Below, one piece after another: positions 34,150-45,778 of a stretch of 64,000 nt of DNA. Below the pieces are notes generated by a model that had not been told where the DNA came from, ran no database searches, and was given only the letters and a program-made list of their open reading frames with translations. The stretch's first letter is position 1. Each line of letters starts with the position of its first letter. The position numbers and the translations under genes were made by a program. The stretch is from the NCBI GenBank assembly GCA_022605425.2, contig CM061254.1:715688-779687 (forward strand), given 5' to 3'. This stretch comes from Hamiltosporidium tvaerminnensis FI-OER-3-3. Lineage: Eukaryota > Fungi > Microsporidia.

Positions 34150-36050
34150 TAGATTTTTAAAACAAAATTGGAAAACTACAATATTTGCAAAATATGTGAA
34201 AAAAATGCCATGGGATTGATTAAAGAGTATAAATGGTTTAAAATGTATATTTTTGCATATTAATGGTATAATACAGTTTTAATTGACTAGATTAATAACA
34301 AACATTGATTTACGATTTCTACTGAACGAAGTCGCATAGACTAAGAGTAGGGAAAAAGATTTAAACTCGAATGAATTAATGTTAAATAAAACTTATGATT
34401 CAATAGATCATGCTTATTAGATGAAATACATCAAAATTAGGAACATTTATGAGTAAAACTAAATATTATTTTACCAACGATATCAAACTGTATAGAGATA
34501 TATCAGTAGGGCTTGAAAAAATGATGAAAAATAATAGTAAAAGCTATATTACAGAGAAAACATATTTTAGATATTTATGTGCTATATAAGGATTCACAGA
34601 CTCTTTAGCTCAAATTAAGTCTACATATGTATTTTGGGTTTTAAATCTGAATTATTTTTTTACTAGATGATACTATGCGATTATGCTTTTATGAATTATT
34701 TCTTGGTTTAATGGCGTATTATACAATCTTTAATTTAAAAACAATTTGTAAATTAAAGTAGAGAATTCAGCTAAAAATGAATGAGTCGCAGAAATGCTTA
34801 CTTTTAAATAGGAAATTGGATATTTAAATGGTTAAAACAGACAGAGAAACTACTAAGGATTCGTTTTATAAAAAATAGCCATTTTTTAGATGTAATGAAT
34901 TTTTAGCCATACTTTGAACTGTTAGAATTAAGCAAAACTGTATTAATTTTCAAAAACTAAATATAAGATTTTTTAAGAGTATAAAGACCGGTAATTAGTA
35001 TTTTAAAAGATTAATTTAATTCATTTTATATACGAAATATTGATATTTTTAATGAACCAACAGGTAGGAGTATTTTGAATGCAAATGGCTTATTACTCTT
35101 TTTATATGATATACGCCATTTTACGTAAAAACATAAATAGGTTGTTTTGTATGCTCATTGTAAGGAAGATGCTTCATTAATTGAGTCATTAACCTGGAAA
35201 GTTCTATAAAGATTGATTTGATGCAAAAAAACATAATTTAAGATAAATGCTTTGACATAAAAAGAAATAAATATCATTCACGAAATCAAAGCAGTTACTA
35301 ATGTGAGAATAATTACATACAGTGTCTGATGATAAAAAAAATACTCCTTTCAAATGAAATATACAGAAAACTCAAAGAAGAAATTAAAATCTTAAAACAA
35401 ATTTTATTCATAAACAGAAAATAATAATTGTATCAGAGTTAATTGAAGCTAGAAATGTGAAAATTTATCGGTGATATTCCAGATTAATTAAAAAGAGGAA
35501 ATATAAAGCCATTATATGAGATAACATTCTGTTATATTTAGGAAAGAATATATTTCTAATCATTAATAAATACCAAAACTTGATACTTTTTGGAAGAAGT
35601 ACAAAAGATATTTGTAATGCGAAATCAATTGTTTTGTATACAAATTAACTAAGAACCAATTTTTTTCAGGTTTTAAAGTTTCCCCTTATATATAAATCCG
35701 TATTATAGAGTTTTGTCTCTGATATACTTTCTTTATCTTAAAAAATTTAATGAAAATATATATGTCAAAATAAAAATGGTATCAAAAACAAAAAACACAA
35801 CTTCATATCTTCGAAGGTATATTTTTACACCAAACAAAATTTTAATTTGTTTATCATCATTGAAGTAGTAACTCCTATACAGGATTCGCTCAAACTATTG
35901 AAACAGAACATTAAAAAGGTAGAATTTTTAACCAAACAACTGATTTATTAATTTATCAAACGTGACATAACTCTTTAATCGAAACATGGAAACATCACAA
36001 CTAAGCACGATAAGATTTACTTGAATAATATCGGAGTAGAAACAAGAATA
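34150..36050 (+). mobile_element. Highly decayed long copy of the RLE retrotransposon (RT to endonuclease)
   Basis: Translated scraps in the correct order: KTYDSIDHAY (~34390), ISVGLEKMM (~34500), KRGNIKP (~35495) and IIIEVVTPIQDS (~35855). Confidence 0.65.
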
Positions 36051-36510
36051 GAAGCATAAAACAAGTGAAACCAAAGCTTTAAATTGACCAAAATACTAAT
36101 TTAAGCATAAAAACCTGATCAAGTTTCGTAAATCAGTCCAAAATTCAATCCAAAAAGCCGAGGGATTTATAAATCTGTCATAACAAAATATATATATGCA
36201 AAAATATGTAACAAAAATAACATCACAATTTAAATCAGTAATTTTTTTAAGAAAAGACTTTTACGAATATTATCGATTCAAAATATTTAAAAAGAGTCAA
36301 ATATATGAGATTCGTAAAATAAAATATGTATAAATGGATAGAAAATAACTGACAAAAACAAGAATGTAATAACCAAGTATTAAATATATTTTCTTCATAC
36401 TAAAATTATGTAAAAAAAATAAAATAAAAATTTTATTTACAGATCCTTATAAAACCCAAAATTGTTTTTGAAATTCCAAATTTTTATAACTCAAATATTT
36501 TTGTCCCTAA

Positions 36511-37911
36511 ATGCTCGTCAAAAATTCTTTAGACAACGATGAACTATTAAATAGTTTAGAACTGTGCTATAACACATATACAGACAATAAAAATTATATA
36601 AATCTTATAAAAACAAATTACAAAGAAATAATATTTTCAAGTTTGTATGAAATTTTGATAAATCCAAATAAAGAATCCTATAACCGTACAATAAGTCTTA
36701 TACGAGACGATTTTTCTTTGTTATTTTCTACATTAAAACAGATAATTAAATTAAAATTTCATTTGTTAAAAACAGATGTTGCAAATAATTTAATTTCATT
36801 TGTAAATTTCTTAATTTCATACGAACGTGGAATAGAAGGTTTAGTAATAAATATTTTACGATATACAAATTATAGAACAGATATACAAATATTAGAAAAT
36901 TTATATAATTTTTATTTAGAAAATAGCCAATATTTCCCTAAAGATTCTGTTATATTTTCCTTTTTAATATTTTTTTGTTCATATAACGAAAAATACAATA
37001 ATTTAATTAATAAAAATATTTTAACGGAAATAGGAAGAGATCTGTTATTAACTCAAATACTCAAACAAAATATAAACGTATCAAATAATTTCATTAAAAA
37101 TACTTTGAATACACCAACTCAGAAACAATATCTCGTTTCTAAATTATCTCCTGATTTAGAATTAAATTTAATATTTTATATTGAAAAAGGAGAAACAAAT
37201 ACAGAAAAATATATTGAATGGTTATTTAATTATTATATAACCACGTGTGAAATAGCTGTAGATATTCTTAGATACATTTCAAGTGTCTATTACACAAATA
37301 CTGAAAGTTTTCAACTTTATATTTTGATAGATAAAATTGCAGAAAAATTCGGTAAAAATATTTTATTTTGTTTATATTTTGATATGCTGTATTTTTCAGA
37401 AAAAGAAGTTTTAAATAATCAAATTCCTATAGAATATTTAATATATTCATATAAAATAAAAAATTTAGAAACTTTTGATATTCTTTTAAATTTTCTTGAA
37501 GAACCAGAAAGACTCGCCTGTTTTAAAAAAGCTTTAAAAGAAACAAAAATTGATTTATCAATTTTTTCTGATTCAGATCAGAATTTAAAACAAATATTTT
37601 ATATTAAACGAGAAAAAGATTACAAATATAAAAAAATTATTTTGTATATCGAAAATATGGATTTTCAAAAATATTATAATTTAATATGTGATATTAAAAA
37701 ATTAGGATTACCGTTTATTCCTTTAGAAAGTTATGACACACTTATACACTTATCTACTTCTTGGGATAATTATATGCAAGTTTATTTTTGGAAAATATTA
37801 TGTTTTCAAAAAATCTATTTAAATTTTAATGTACCAGATTTGGAAGAAAAAAGTCTTGAAATGAAAGAAGGTTTAGAAATTATTAGAAATATAAAAAATA
37901 AAGAATTTTAA
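36511..37911 (+). CDS. INTS3: Integrator subunit 3 / SOSS-A-like protein (divergent)
   Basis: Ordered motifs IGRDLL, TQKQYLVSKLSPDLELNLIF, KYIEWL, DILRYISSV and LYFDMLYF resemble the INTS3 N-terminal domain (GRDL..; SRKFLACRLTPDMETKLLF; RYQDWF; DLIRYICGV; LFYDWLFF, recalled from memory). CCC before the ATG. Confidence 0.7.
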   Translation: MLVKNSLDNDELLNSLELCYNTYTDNKNYINLIKTNYKEIIFSSLYEILINPNKESYNRTISLIRDDFSLLFSTLKQIIKLKFHLLKTDVANNLISFVNFLISYERGIEGLVINILRYTNYRTDIQILENLYNFYLENSQYFPKDSVIFSFLIFFCSYNEKYNNLINKNILTEIGRDLLLTQILKQNINVSNNFIKNTLNTPTQKQYLVSKLSPDLELNLIFYIEKGETNTEKYIEWLFNYYITTCEIAVDILRYISSVYYTNTESFQLYILIDKIAEKFGKNILFCLYFDMLYFSEKEVLNNQIPIEYLIYSYKIKNLETFDILLNFLEEPERLACFKKALKETKIDLSIFSDSDQNLKQIFYIKREKDYKYKKIILYIENMDFQKYYNLICDIKKLGLPFIPLESYDTLIHLSTSWDNYMQVYFWKILCFQKIYLNFNVPDLEEKSLEMKEGLEIIRNIKNKEF

Positions 37912-37954
37912 TTCTTGAAACTATTTTAATATTAAATTATGTTTAAATAAATAT

Positions 37955-38030
37955 TTTTTATTTAATAAAATTCTGGGTTAAAATACTTTTAACATTTTTT
38001 ATATGTTTTATTCTACCTCTTTAACCACTT
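37955..38030 (-). mobile_element. ~75-bp extreme 3' end of the RLE retrotransposon with TSD
   Basis: Matches 5488-5560. TTTAAATAAATAT at 37942-37954 and 38031-38043. Confidence 0.85.
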
Positions 38031-39642
38031 TTTAAATAAATATATTATTAAGTTATTTAATATATATATTTGAAAAAAAAACAAGAATACTTTATTGTAT
38101 AACTTAATATAAACAATATTCTCATAAATCTATTTTTTTTTTGTTCCGTTTTTGGAGTTAAGTTTTATTATATTTACAATTTTATTTTGCTAATATTCTG
38201 ATTTAGAATTTGTACTTGTAAAAGATCAATATTATAATATTCTTAATAAAGTTTATAAGTTATTTGTTAAAAAATTAAATTTACAACTTGTTTTGGCTTT
38301 GAATATAAAGTTGGTTACTTAAAAATTTGTATTTCCCTCTTCTAATACGTATAAAAATAGATTTTATAGATTAAATCGTAAGAAATAATTAATTAAAACA
38401 TTATTTGAGATTTCCACAGTTGTAAATATATCTTTCAAATATAAAAATACAAAATAACGAATTATTTTTATTAAATTTGTAATTCAACAAAATTTATATT
38501 CGCTTAAAATATAAATTGAGACCTATAATTTTTAATATATTAATTTCTACTAATCTGTTTAATTTATTTTCAATATAATTTATGTTCTTGAAAATCAAAT
38601 TCATTAAGTTTTTAAAATTTGCTTTATTTTTGTCTAATTGTAATAAACCAGCGAGAGTTTTTTTACTATTTATACAATTTGTTTATATATTTACTCCTAT
38701 TTAAATATATATAGATAATTCATTTATTGATAAAATATACCTTTTTTTTATATTAAGAAGATATATTATCAAGTTCTAATCAATAAATTCTATATGATAG
38801 TTAATTATCGATATCGCATGTCCATTAAATATTTAACAAACATCTACTTCTCTTAAAAATTTATTGATTAAACTCTTAGATAAATTCAGTTCAAATTCAT
38901 TTCCTATAATCTATTAAGATTTGTAAACATCTAAGTTCCTAAAATGAAACATTTGAATTTCATTTCCAGAATTTATAAATTTTCAAATTATTTAGACTCC
39001 TCGATTTTAACAAATATTCAAACATTAAAAGTAATTTATTTCATTTAAAATTTAAATCTCTAGTTTTATAAAAAAATATTAAACTTTAATTTTCCAGTTT
39101 ATAAATTAGATTTGATTATTTCTAGAAAATTATTCAAATGCAGTTATAAAGTATTAAAAATCATACTAGTTATACTTTAAATCAGAACATCTCTCTTATA
39201 TTAATTCTTTTACAATACGCAAGAAAACTGATTTGCAAAAGTATAAAAAATATTTATTAATTTAAGTTATAATTTGATATTTGATTGTTTAATAAAAAAA
39301 AAAGTAAATTTCAAAATTATAATCATTCTATTATCAATTTAAATAACACAAAATTATCTTCCAATTCACTAAATATATTAAAATAGAAAATATATGATGA
39401 ATAATATTATCTTCCAATTTACTAAATATATTAAAATAGAAGACAAAACAAAGAAAAATTAATTCATCTTATTTATACTAAAATTAAATCATAATAACAG
39501 AAAATATAAGAAAATATAAAATATATGAAGAATAATAAATAAGCACAAATAACTATAATAAAATCATAATTATAAAAGAAAATAAAAACTAAAAAAAATA
39601 AACAAATAAACCTTAAAAATATTGTAAATCCATATTTATTTC

Positions 39643-40341
39643 TTACTTACCAAGTTTAAAATCTTTTCCTTTTTTACTAAAAATATGCTTGTAATATAAA
39701 ACGAAGAAGTTTGTATAAAGCATACCTTGTAAAATAGCAGAGGCTACCAAAAGATGATTAACAGGTACTTTTCCAAAGAATTTAAATATCCATCCTATTA
39801 GATAGAATATTCTGTAAACACCTAAAAAGAATATATATTGAGAAGTAAGAGTTTCTGATTCTCCACTTTCTTGTAACTGTATCAATTGTGGTAATATAGC
39901 TACACTTTCTAAAAAGACAGAAAATGTCCAAAAATATTCAACAAAAAATCCTAAAAAAGAAAATGTTTTTGGTTTAAAAGGAAATGCAAGAATAGCAGAA
40001 GGAATTAATAAAATTCTAATATCAACATTGTCCAGTGATTTATCAATAGAATAAAAATATTTGAATCTTATAAGATATATTATAACAGATTGAAAACTTA
40101 AATATAAAATTTTCATAATATTGTTATAAACTCTTAAAAAAGAATCAAAATAAAAAATATTCTTGAACAAATCAATATATCGAGCATAAAACACAATACC
40201 AAATAAATATTGTGTTTTATATGATAATCCACTACAAGATCTTGTTTTTTTTATTTTCTGTGCCAATATTATCATTGAATAGACGTGACAAATGTCACCA
40301 ACCAATCTAAAAAGCATTGCTAGGTTTTTCAGAAAAGACAT
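39643..40341 (-). CDS. ERD2: ER lumen protein-retaining (KDEL/HDEL) receptor
   Basis: FRLVGDICH, SCSGLSYKTQ, RYIDLF, WTFSVFLESVAILPQL and LGVYRIFY. Confidence 0.96.
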   Translation of the reverse strand: MSFLKNLAMLFRLVGDICHVYSMIILAQKIKKTRSCSGLSYKTQYLFGIVFYARYIDLFKNIFYFDSFLRVYNNIMKILYLSFQSVIIYLIRFKYFYSIDKSLDNVDIRILLIPSAILAFPFKPKTFSFLGFFVEYFWTFSVFLESVAILPQLIQLQESGESETLTSQYIFFLGVYRIFYLIGWIFKFFGKVPVNHLLVASAILQGMLYTNFFVLYYKHIFSKKGKDFKLGK

Positions 40342-40480
40342 AAGGGATCTGTTTTTCTTTTTTTGTAATAATTTATATTATAAAACTGTGTAACAGAAAA
40401 TGCAACAAAAATAAATTTATGTTTCAAAAAAGAAATTATTTTTTTACAAGAAAAAATGGTATTTTTATTGGTATTTTTTC

Positions 40481-40885
40481 AGTAAAAAAACTCGTATTTT
40501 CTGACAGAAAATTATTAAAGGAAATACCATTTCTCAATAAAGAAGAATGTAAAGCTTTACTTTATAAATGTAATTTTTAAGTAAAAAAACTCGTATTTTC
40601 TGACAAAAAATTATTAAAGGAAATACAATTTCTCAATAAAGAAGAATGTAAAGCTTTACTTTATAAATGTAATTTTTAAGTAAAAAAACTCGTATTTCCT
40701 GACAAAAAATTATTAAAGGAAATACAATTTCTCAATAAAGAAGAATGTAAAGCTTTACTTTATAAATGTAATTTTTAAGTAAAAAAACTCGTATTTTCTG
40801 ACAAAAAATTATTAAAGGAAATACCATTTCTCAATAAAGAAGAATGTAAAGCTTTACTTTATAAATGTAATTTTTAAGTAAAAAA
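40481..40885. repeat. 99-bp tandem repeat x4
   Basis: agtaaaaaaactcgtatt starts at 40481, 40580, 40679 and 40778; units are nearly identical. Confidence 0.93.
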
Positions 40886-41199
40886 TATTTTTTTTTAAAA
40901 AACCAAGAAAAACAAATTAAATTTAATTTAGTGTAATAATTGGGTTAAATGAATTTATCTTTATCTAGGCTTTATTAGATTTCTTTAATAAGCTTATTAT
41001 TTATTTAAAAAGAACGAATTATATTAAATATTTTGATTTTAATAACTTTAATGATCTAAAAAAAAATTTCTGATAAATTGTAAGTCAAATCTTAAAGTTT
41101 CATTTAAATTTATTAAAATCAATTTTTTAAAAAATATAAAAACAAAATCTAAATAATACTGCTGAGATGATGATAATATATATGATTTAGTAACTAAAT

Positions 41200-42100
41200 A
41201 TATATTATTCACAAAAGAAGGTGCTCCTCTTTTTATCAGTACATATAATGATTATGTCCTTAGTTGTTTTATAAGCCATTTTCTTTTTATTTTGTATAAC
41301 GTTTCTTATGTACCATTCGGCCTATTTTGAATCGATGTAATTTTTTTGGCTCTTTTATTCCCAAGAAAATTTCAATAAATTTTGATTTTTTAAAAAATTC
41401 TATTGTCATTTGGTATTCGAAGAATAAAAGATGTGTGTTGCGTATGGAATTTTATAACTCATAGGACATCATAATGGTTTTAATAATTTTATTTTCGATC
41501 AAAGGAAATGGTTTCGACTGTTTTTTTGAGTATTATAGACTGTATAAATGTTTATATTCTTACGGATATAAGAATATTTTTTAAGGTACATTTTATGGTA
41601 TTTTGTTACAATTCCATGAAAAATCATCACATAAGGGATTATCTCAACACTACCTTATAAATAAGATACGGGTTTAGTTGCCAGAAAGATTGATTTCATA
41701 TCCTTCGGTTAAAAAAATATGAAGCGAGTTATGAAGGGTAAATATAACTCAGATTTATATTATTTTATTAAATTAATTGCATTTGAGATAAATTAGATGA
41801 TTTATTGTGAATTCTTACATTTGATTTATTATGACGTTTCTTCTAATTTTCTTAGTTTGTTTTAAAGATTTATTCAACATATGATTTCATATTTGTATTT
41901 ATAAACCTCAATTTATATTAATTTAATAAAAATTTATGTAATCCACAGCCATGCACAGAAGTATTAGTAAATTGAAACCACCAGTTTGAGCCCGAAAAAA
42001 GAAAAGTTCAAAATCATGCAACACATTCACTCTATAAAAAAATGTTAGAAAATACCAAACTTAAAAGGCCTAATATCTTCAAAGTCAAGAACTAAATCAT
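41200..42100 (-). mobile_element. Degenerate RLE retrotransposon 3' part
   Basis: cgatcaaaggaaatggtttcgactg and atggtattttgttacaa match the young 3' ends. Scraps EIIPYVM, KRHN and DIRP lie upstream. Confidence 0.7.
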
Positions 42101-42487
42101 TTTTAGAATCAAATCTTAATTGAAATATAAACTTGAAACCCATTTAGCTGGAATGTAAGATATATTCTTACATATGTATTTTCGAAAGAAAGTTGCTAAA
42201 TATTTTATTTGCTTACATATTCCGTTCCTCTTACGCCTATTGATGTTGTAGTAAATATTTTACAAATTTGCAAAATTCTAGATTTTAATATTTTTCTATA
42301 TAAAATATATTTAAAAGAAGGACATAACAATTTAATGCATCTTCTTAATGTTTTATACTTCATAATCCAAAACACATCAATAAATCTCAAATTTCTTTCA
42401 ATCTTTCGATATATTCATGCTAAGATTATTATTTTATAAAAATTAAACAACAAACATACTAAAATAAATAATACAAACAAAGTAAAC

Positions 42488-43006
42488 CTATTTTTTAATC
42501 GATTTATGCAAAAAACAAAGTATTCTAAAGAAGTCAGGACCAGCGTTTTCTATTACAATATCGTTAAATAAAACAAGATCATCTACTCTTTCAAAAGTAA
42601 AGTGCCCAAAACAAAAAAAACCGCAAATATAGAATATTTTTGAAATAATTTGCATAAATTCAGAATTTTTGCAGCCATCCTGATCATTGTTATAGTGATT
42701 GGCAAAAACATTTCTATCCACAGATATAAGTTTTTTATTATCTATTATACATATAAAATGCAATGGAGTGACATTAAAAAGCACCATTTTATATCTCGAA
42801 GAAGAATAATCCGATTCTTTTAACGAAATATCCACATTTTCTTTTTCTGCCAAATAATGTGTCAAAGTTTGAAATAATTGTTTTTCTATTTTTTTTTTAG
42901 TTATTGGAAATTTCTTTATAAAAGTTATGTAGCTTGAATAAAATAAACAAGATACCATTAAAAGTAAAAGGAACGAAGAAGCAATAATTCCAGTATTTTT
43001 TTTCAT
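42488..43006 (-). CDS. Hypothetical protein with N-terminal TM/signal anchor
   Basis: CCCC-ATG at 43006 gives MKKNTGIIASSFLLLLMVSCLFY... Confidence 0.7.
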   Translation of the reverse strand: MKKNTGIIASSFLLLLMVSCLFYSSYITFIKKFPITKKKIEKQLFQTLTHYLAEKENVDISLKESDYSSSRYKMVLFNVTPLHFICIIDNKKLISVDRNVFANHYNNDQDGCKNSEFMQIISKIFYICGFFCFGHFTFERVDDLVLFNDIVIENAGPDFFRILCFLHKSIKK

Positions 43007-43505
43007 GGGGAATTTGATCACTGTAATATTTTAGTTTAATCATAAATTGAACGTTTAATTTAAAATTTAATTTGTATCAAGAAAGAGAAATAAAGAAAAG
43101 ATGTTTTGTGAGATACTAAAATTTGAGAAACAAACTTTAAAAAAAATAAAAAATTTAAAAATAAAGAATTAAATAAAAAATTAAATAAAAAGAATTAAAA
43201 AAAAGAATTAAATAAAAAGAATTAAAAATAAGGAATCATAAAATAAAGAATTAAAAATAAAGAATTAAAAAAAAGGAATCACAAAATAAAGAATTAAACA
43301 ACAAATACTATCTATGAGTAGAAAATTGAATTTAATATTTTTTATAAAAAACATAAAGAAATTATTTTTTTTTCCCAATCCAAAAATTCTTTTAAGAAAA
43401 AATACAGAATTTAATATTTTTTTATAAGATTTTTGAACAACTAAATTTATTTTCAATCTAAAAACACTTTTATTAGAAAAAATACAGAATTTAATAATTT
43501 AATTT

Positions 43506-43673
43506 AATTTTATTAAATATAAATTAAAGAGTAATGGAGAAGAAAATGCTTAAAAATCGTAAAAACATTTTAACCTGGAATTTTATTAAATATAAATTAA
43601 AGAGTAATGGAGAAGAAAATGCTTAAAAATCGTAAAAACATTTTAACCCAGAATTTTATTAAATATAAATTAA
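43506..43673 (+). repeat. 73-bp tandem duplication of an RLE-retrotransposon-like 3' end
   Basis: The unit agaagaaaatgcttaaaaatcgtaaaaacattttaacccagaattttattaaat resembles the retrotransposon 3' terminus. The junction motif starts at 43506, 43579 and 43652. Confidence 0.75.
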
Positions 43674-43909
43674 CGACTAATATTATTTATTACCAAAATA
43701 ATTAAATATAAACAATTATTTTATAAATTTAAATTACAAATAAAAATGACATTTTAAAAAAGAAAAAAAACATATTTTTGATGAACAAATTATAAAAAAG
43801 AAAAAAATAAAAAATTATAAATTTTATTCGCTATTTTTGAACTCCTTTGATTACAGAAATTTAATTGGTTTTTTACTAAATTATATTTGTTCTGGATTTT
43901 TTTCTTTAA

Positions 43910-44680
43910 ATGAGATACGAATATGGAAATATTATAATTAATTTGATTATTTATGGATTTAAAGTAAATACAAAGAAAGCTGCTCGTATTATACAAGAAG
44001 ATAGCAAACCATTTGAAATACAATGTACATGTATTTCAGAAGAAGATGCTGAAAAAGAAAAGAAAAGAATAGCAGAAGAAGAGAACAAGAAAAAAGGAGA
44101 AAGTAAAGAAGATGAAGAGGCGGGAGTAAAAGAAGGAAGTAAAGAAGGGGGTAAAGAAGAAGACAATGAGGCCATAGATGATGCAACAGTGGGAGAAAAA
44201 GACGCAGCCATGAGTAATAAAGAAGGAACATCAGAAGGAGCAAACTGTACAAAAAATAAAGAAAACAAAGCTGATAAACCAAAAGATAAGGATGAAGATA
44301 CAAATAAGGATAAGAAAGACGAAGAAAGTAAAAATAAATTTTTAAAAATAACGAAAACGTACGGAGGTTCATCTAAAGATTCCGTAGTTTCACTGAGTAA
44401 TTTTATAAATGCTGTTCAAAATCTTAAATTTAAAGAAAATTGTTCAATTACAAGTAAGGGTTGGTTTAAAATAACTCTTCTAGGTTCAAAGCCATATAGC
44501 TTAGAAGTACAACCGTTTAAAAATATTTCTCCAAAAGATATTCAAATTAAAGATACAATCAAAATAGAATTTTCACAATTTGGAAAACTTTCAATAAAAA
44601 TATCAAACAAAGATTCTTTTAATGAAACTGTTGAAAGTAAAATTGGAAAAGAAATTTTTGAAGTAATAAATGGGTTGTAA
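43910..44680 (+). CDS. Hypothetical protein with E/K/D-rich central region, possibly secreted
   Basis: 256-codon ORF with a mildly hydrophobic N-terminus. Confidence 0.65.
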   Translation: MRYEYGNIIINLIIYGFKVNTKKAARIIQEDSKPFEIQCTCISEEDAEKEKKRIAEEENKKKGESKEDEEAGVKEGSKEGGKEEDNEAIDDATVGEKDAAMSNKEGTSEGANCTKNKENKADKPKDKDEDTNKDKKDEESKNKFLKITKTYGGSSKDSVVSLSNFINAVQNLKFKENCSITSKGWFKITLLGSKPYSLEVQPFKNISPKDIQIKDTIKIEFSQFGKLSIKISNKDSFNETVESKIGKEIFEVINGL

Positions 44681-44800
44681 ATCGTAAATCTTAAAAGTTT
44701 TAAAAACTATTTTTATAAGAATTAATAGAAAATTAATTATTATTTTGCTCAGAAGATTTAGTGATTCTTAAAAGTTTTAAAAACTTTATTTTTATAAAAA

Positions 44801-45229
44801 TTAATTATTATTTGATCGGTAAATTATATGAAGACCAGAATCTGTAGACACGGGTCCTTTAAATTCGTCCTCTCCTAAAGATAAAGCCACATCTTCAAAT
44901 TCTTTTAACATTTCATTTTTACAAATTGTACCAAGATATCCTCCTCGTTTAAAAGAAGAACACATACTGTTTTCTTCTGCTATTTTCATAAAAAAAGATA
45001 AAAAATCCAAAATATTCCTATTTTCTTCTAAAATATTTATAATTTCGTTTATTTTTTCTACCGCCATTTCATACGTATAATCATTATTTGGTTTCCTTGA
45101 ATTTTCATGTTTTATTAAAATATGATAAATTTTAAAATTTGTTTTTGGATGCTTCCAAATACTTTCACCGGTATCTTCGTTATAAAAGTAATATTTATTA
45201 TATTTTCTAGATTTTTTTCTTATCCACAT
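44801..45229 (-). CDS. ESS1: WW + parvulin peptidyl-prolyl isomerase Pin1/Ess1
   Basis: W..KKSR...YYFYN..TGESIWKHP (WW domain), HILIKHENSRKP, SMCSSFKRGGYLG, M..EFE and GPVSTDSGLHII. Confidence 0.95.
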   Translation of the reverse strand: MWIRKKSRKYNKYYFYNEDTGESIWKHPKTNFKIYHILIKHENSRKPNNDYTYEMAVEKINEIINILEENRNILDFLSFFMKIAEENSMCSSFKRGGYLGTICKNEMLKEFEDVALSLGEDEFKGPVSTDSGLHIIYRSNNN

Positions 45230-45518
45230 TAAGGGTTGAACAAACAGAATAAAAAATATATTTTTATTTTAAAAAAAAATAAAATTAGAAATACAAATAT
45301 TAGAAATAGAAAATATTAGAAGTAGAATATATTACAAATACAAAATATCAGAAATACAAATATTAGAAATAGGAAATTTAAGTCTAAAAAAAGAATTAAA
45401 TTTAAAAATCAAAGAGAAATTTGGATTAAAAATAAAGAAAAAAATTAAACAAATTACTTTTAATACCCCCCTATTAAATTCTTATAAATTTATTTATATT
45501 CCAATATTTAATTTTAGT

Positions 45519-45568
45519 GTGGTTGAAGAGGTAGAAGAAAACATGTAATAAATATTTTAACCCAGAAT
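45519..45568 (+). mobile_element. ~50-bp extreme 3' end of the RLE retrotransposon with TSD
   Basis: gtggttgaagaggtagaagaaaacat..ttttaacccagaat. TTTAATTTTAGT at 45507-45518 and 45569-45580. Confidence 0.75.
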
Positions 45569-45585
45569 TTTAATTTTAGTTGTTC

Positions 45586-45778
45586 AACAAAAATTTGTTT
45601 AAATAGAAATTTATTTATAAAAATTTATTTACATTTTAATATTATATTTTATTTGTCTAACAAAAATTTATTTAAATAGAAATTTATTTATAAAAATTTA
45701 TTTACATTTTAATATTATATTTTATTTGTCTAACAAAAATTTATTTAAATAGAAATTTATTTATAAAAATTTATTTAC
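45586..45778. repeat. 73-bp tandem repeat (~2.6 units) overlapping the EPL1 stop and 3' region
   Basis: aacaaaaattt at 45586, 45659 and 45732. Confidence 0.85.

Noticed and set aside
40481-40885. 99-bp periodic array as CRISPR
   Set aside because: Whole units are near-identical; there is no repeat-spacer structure.
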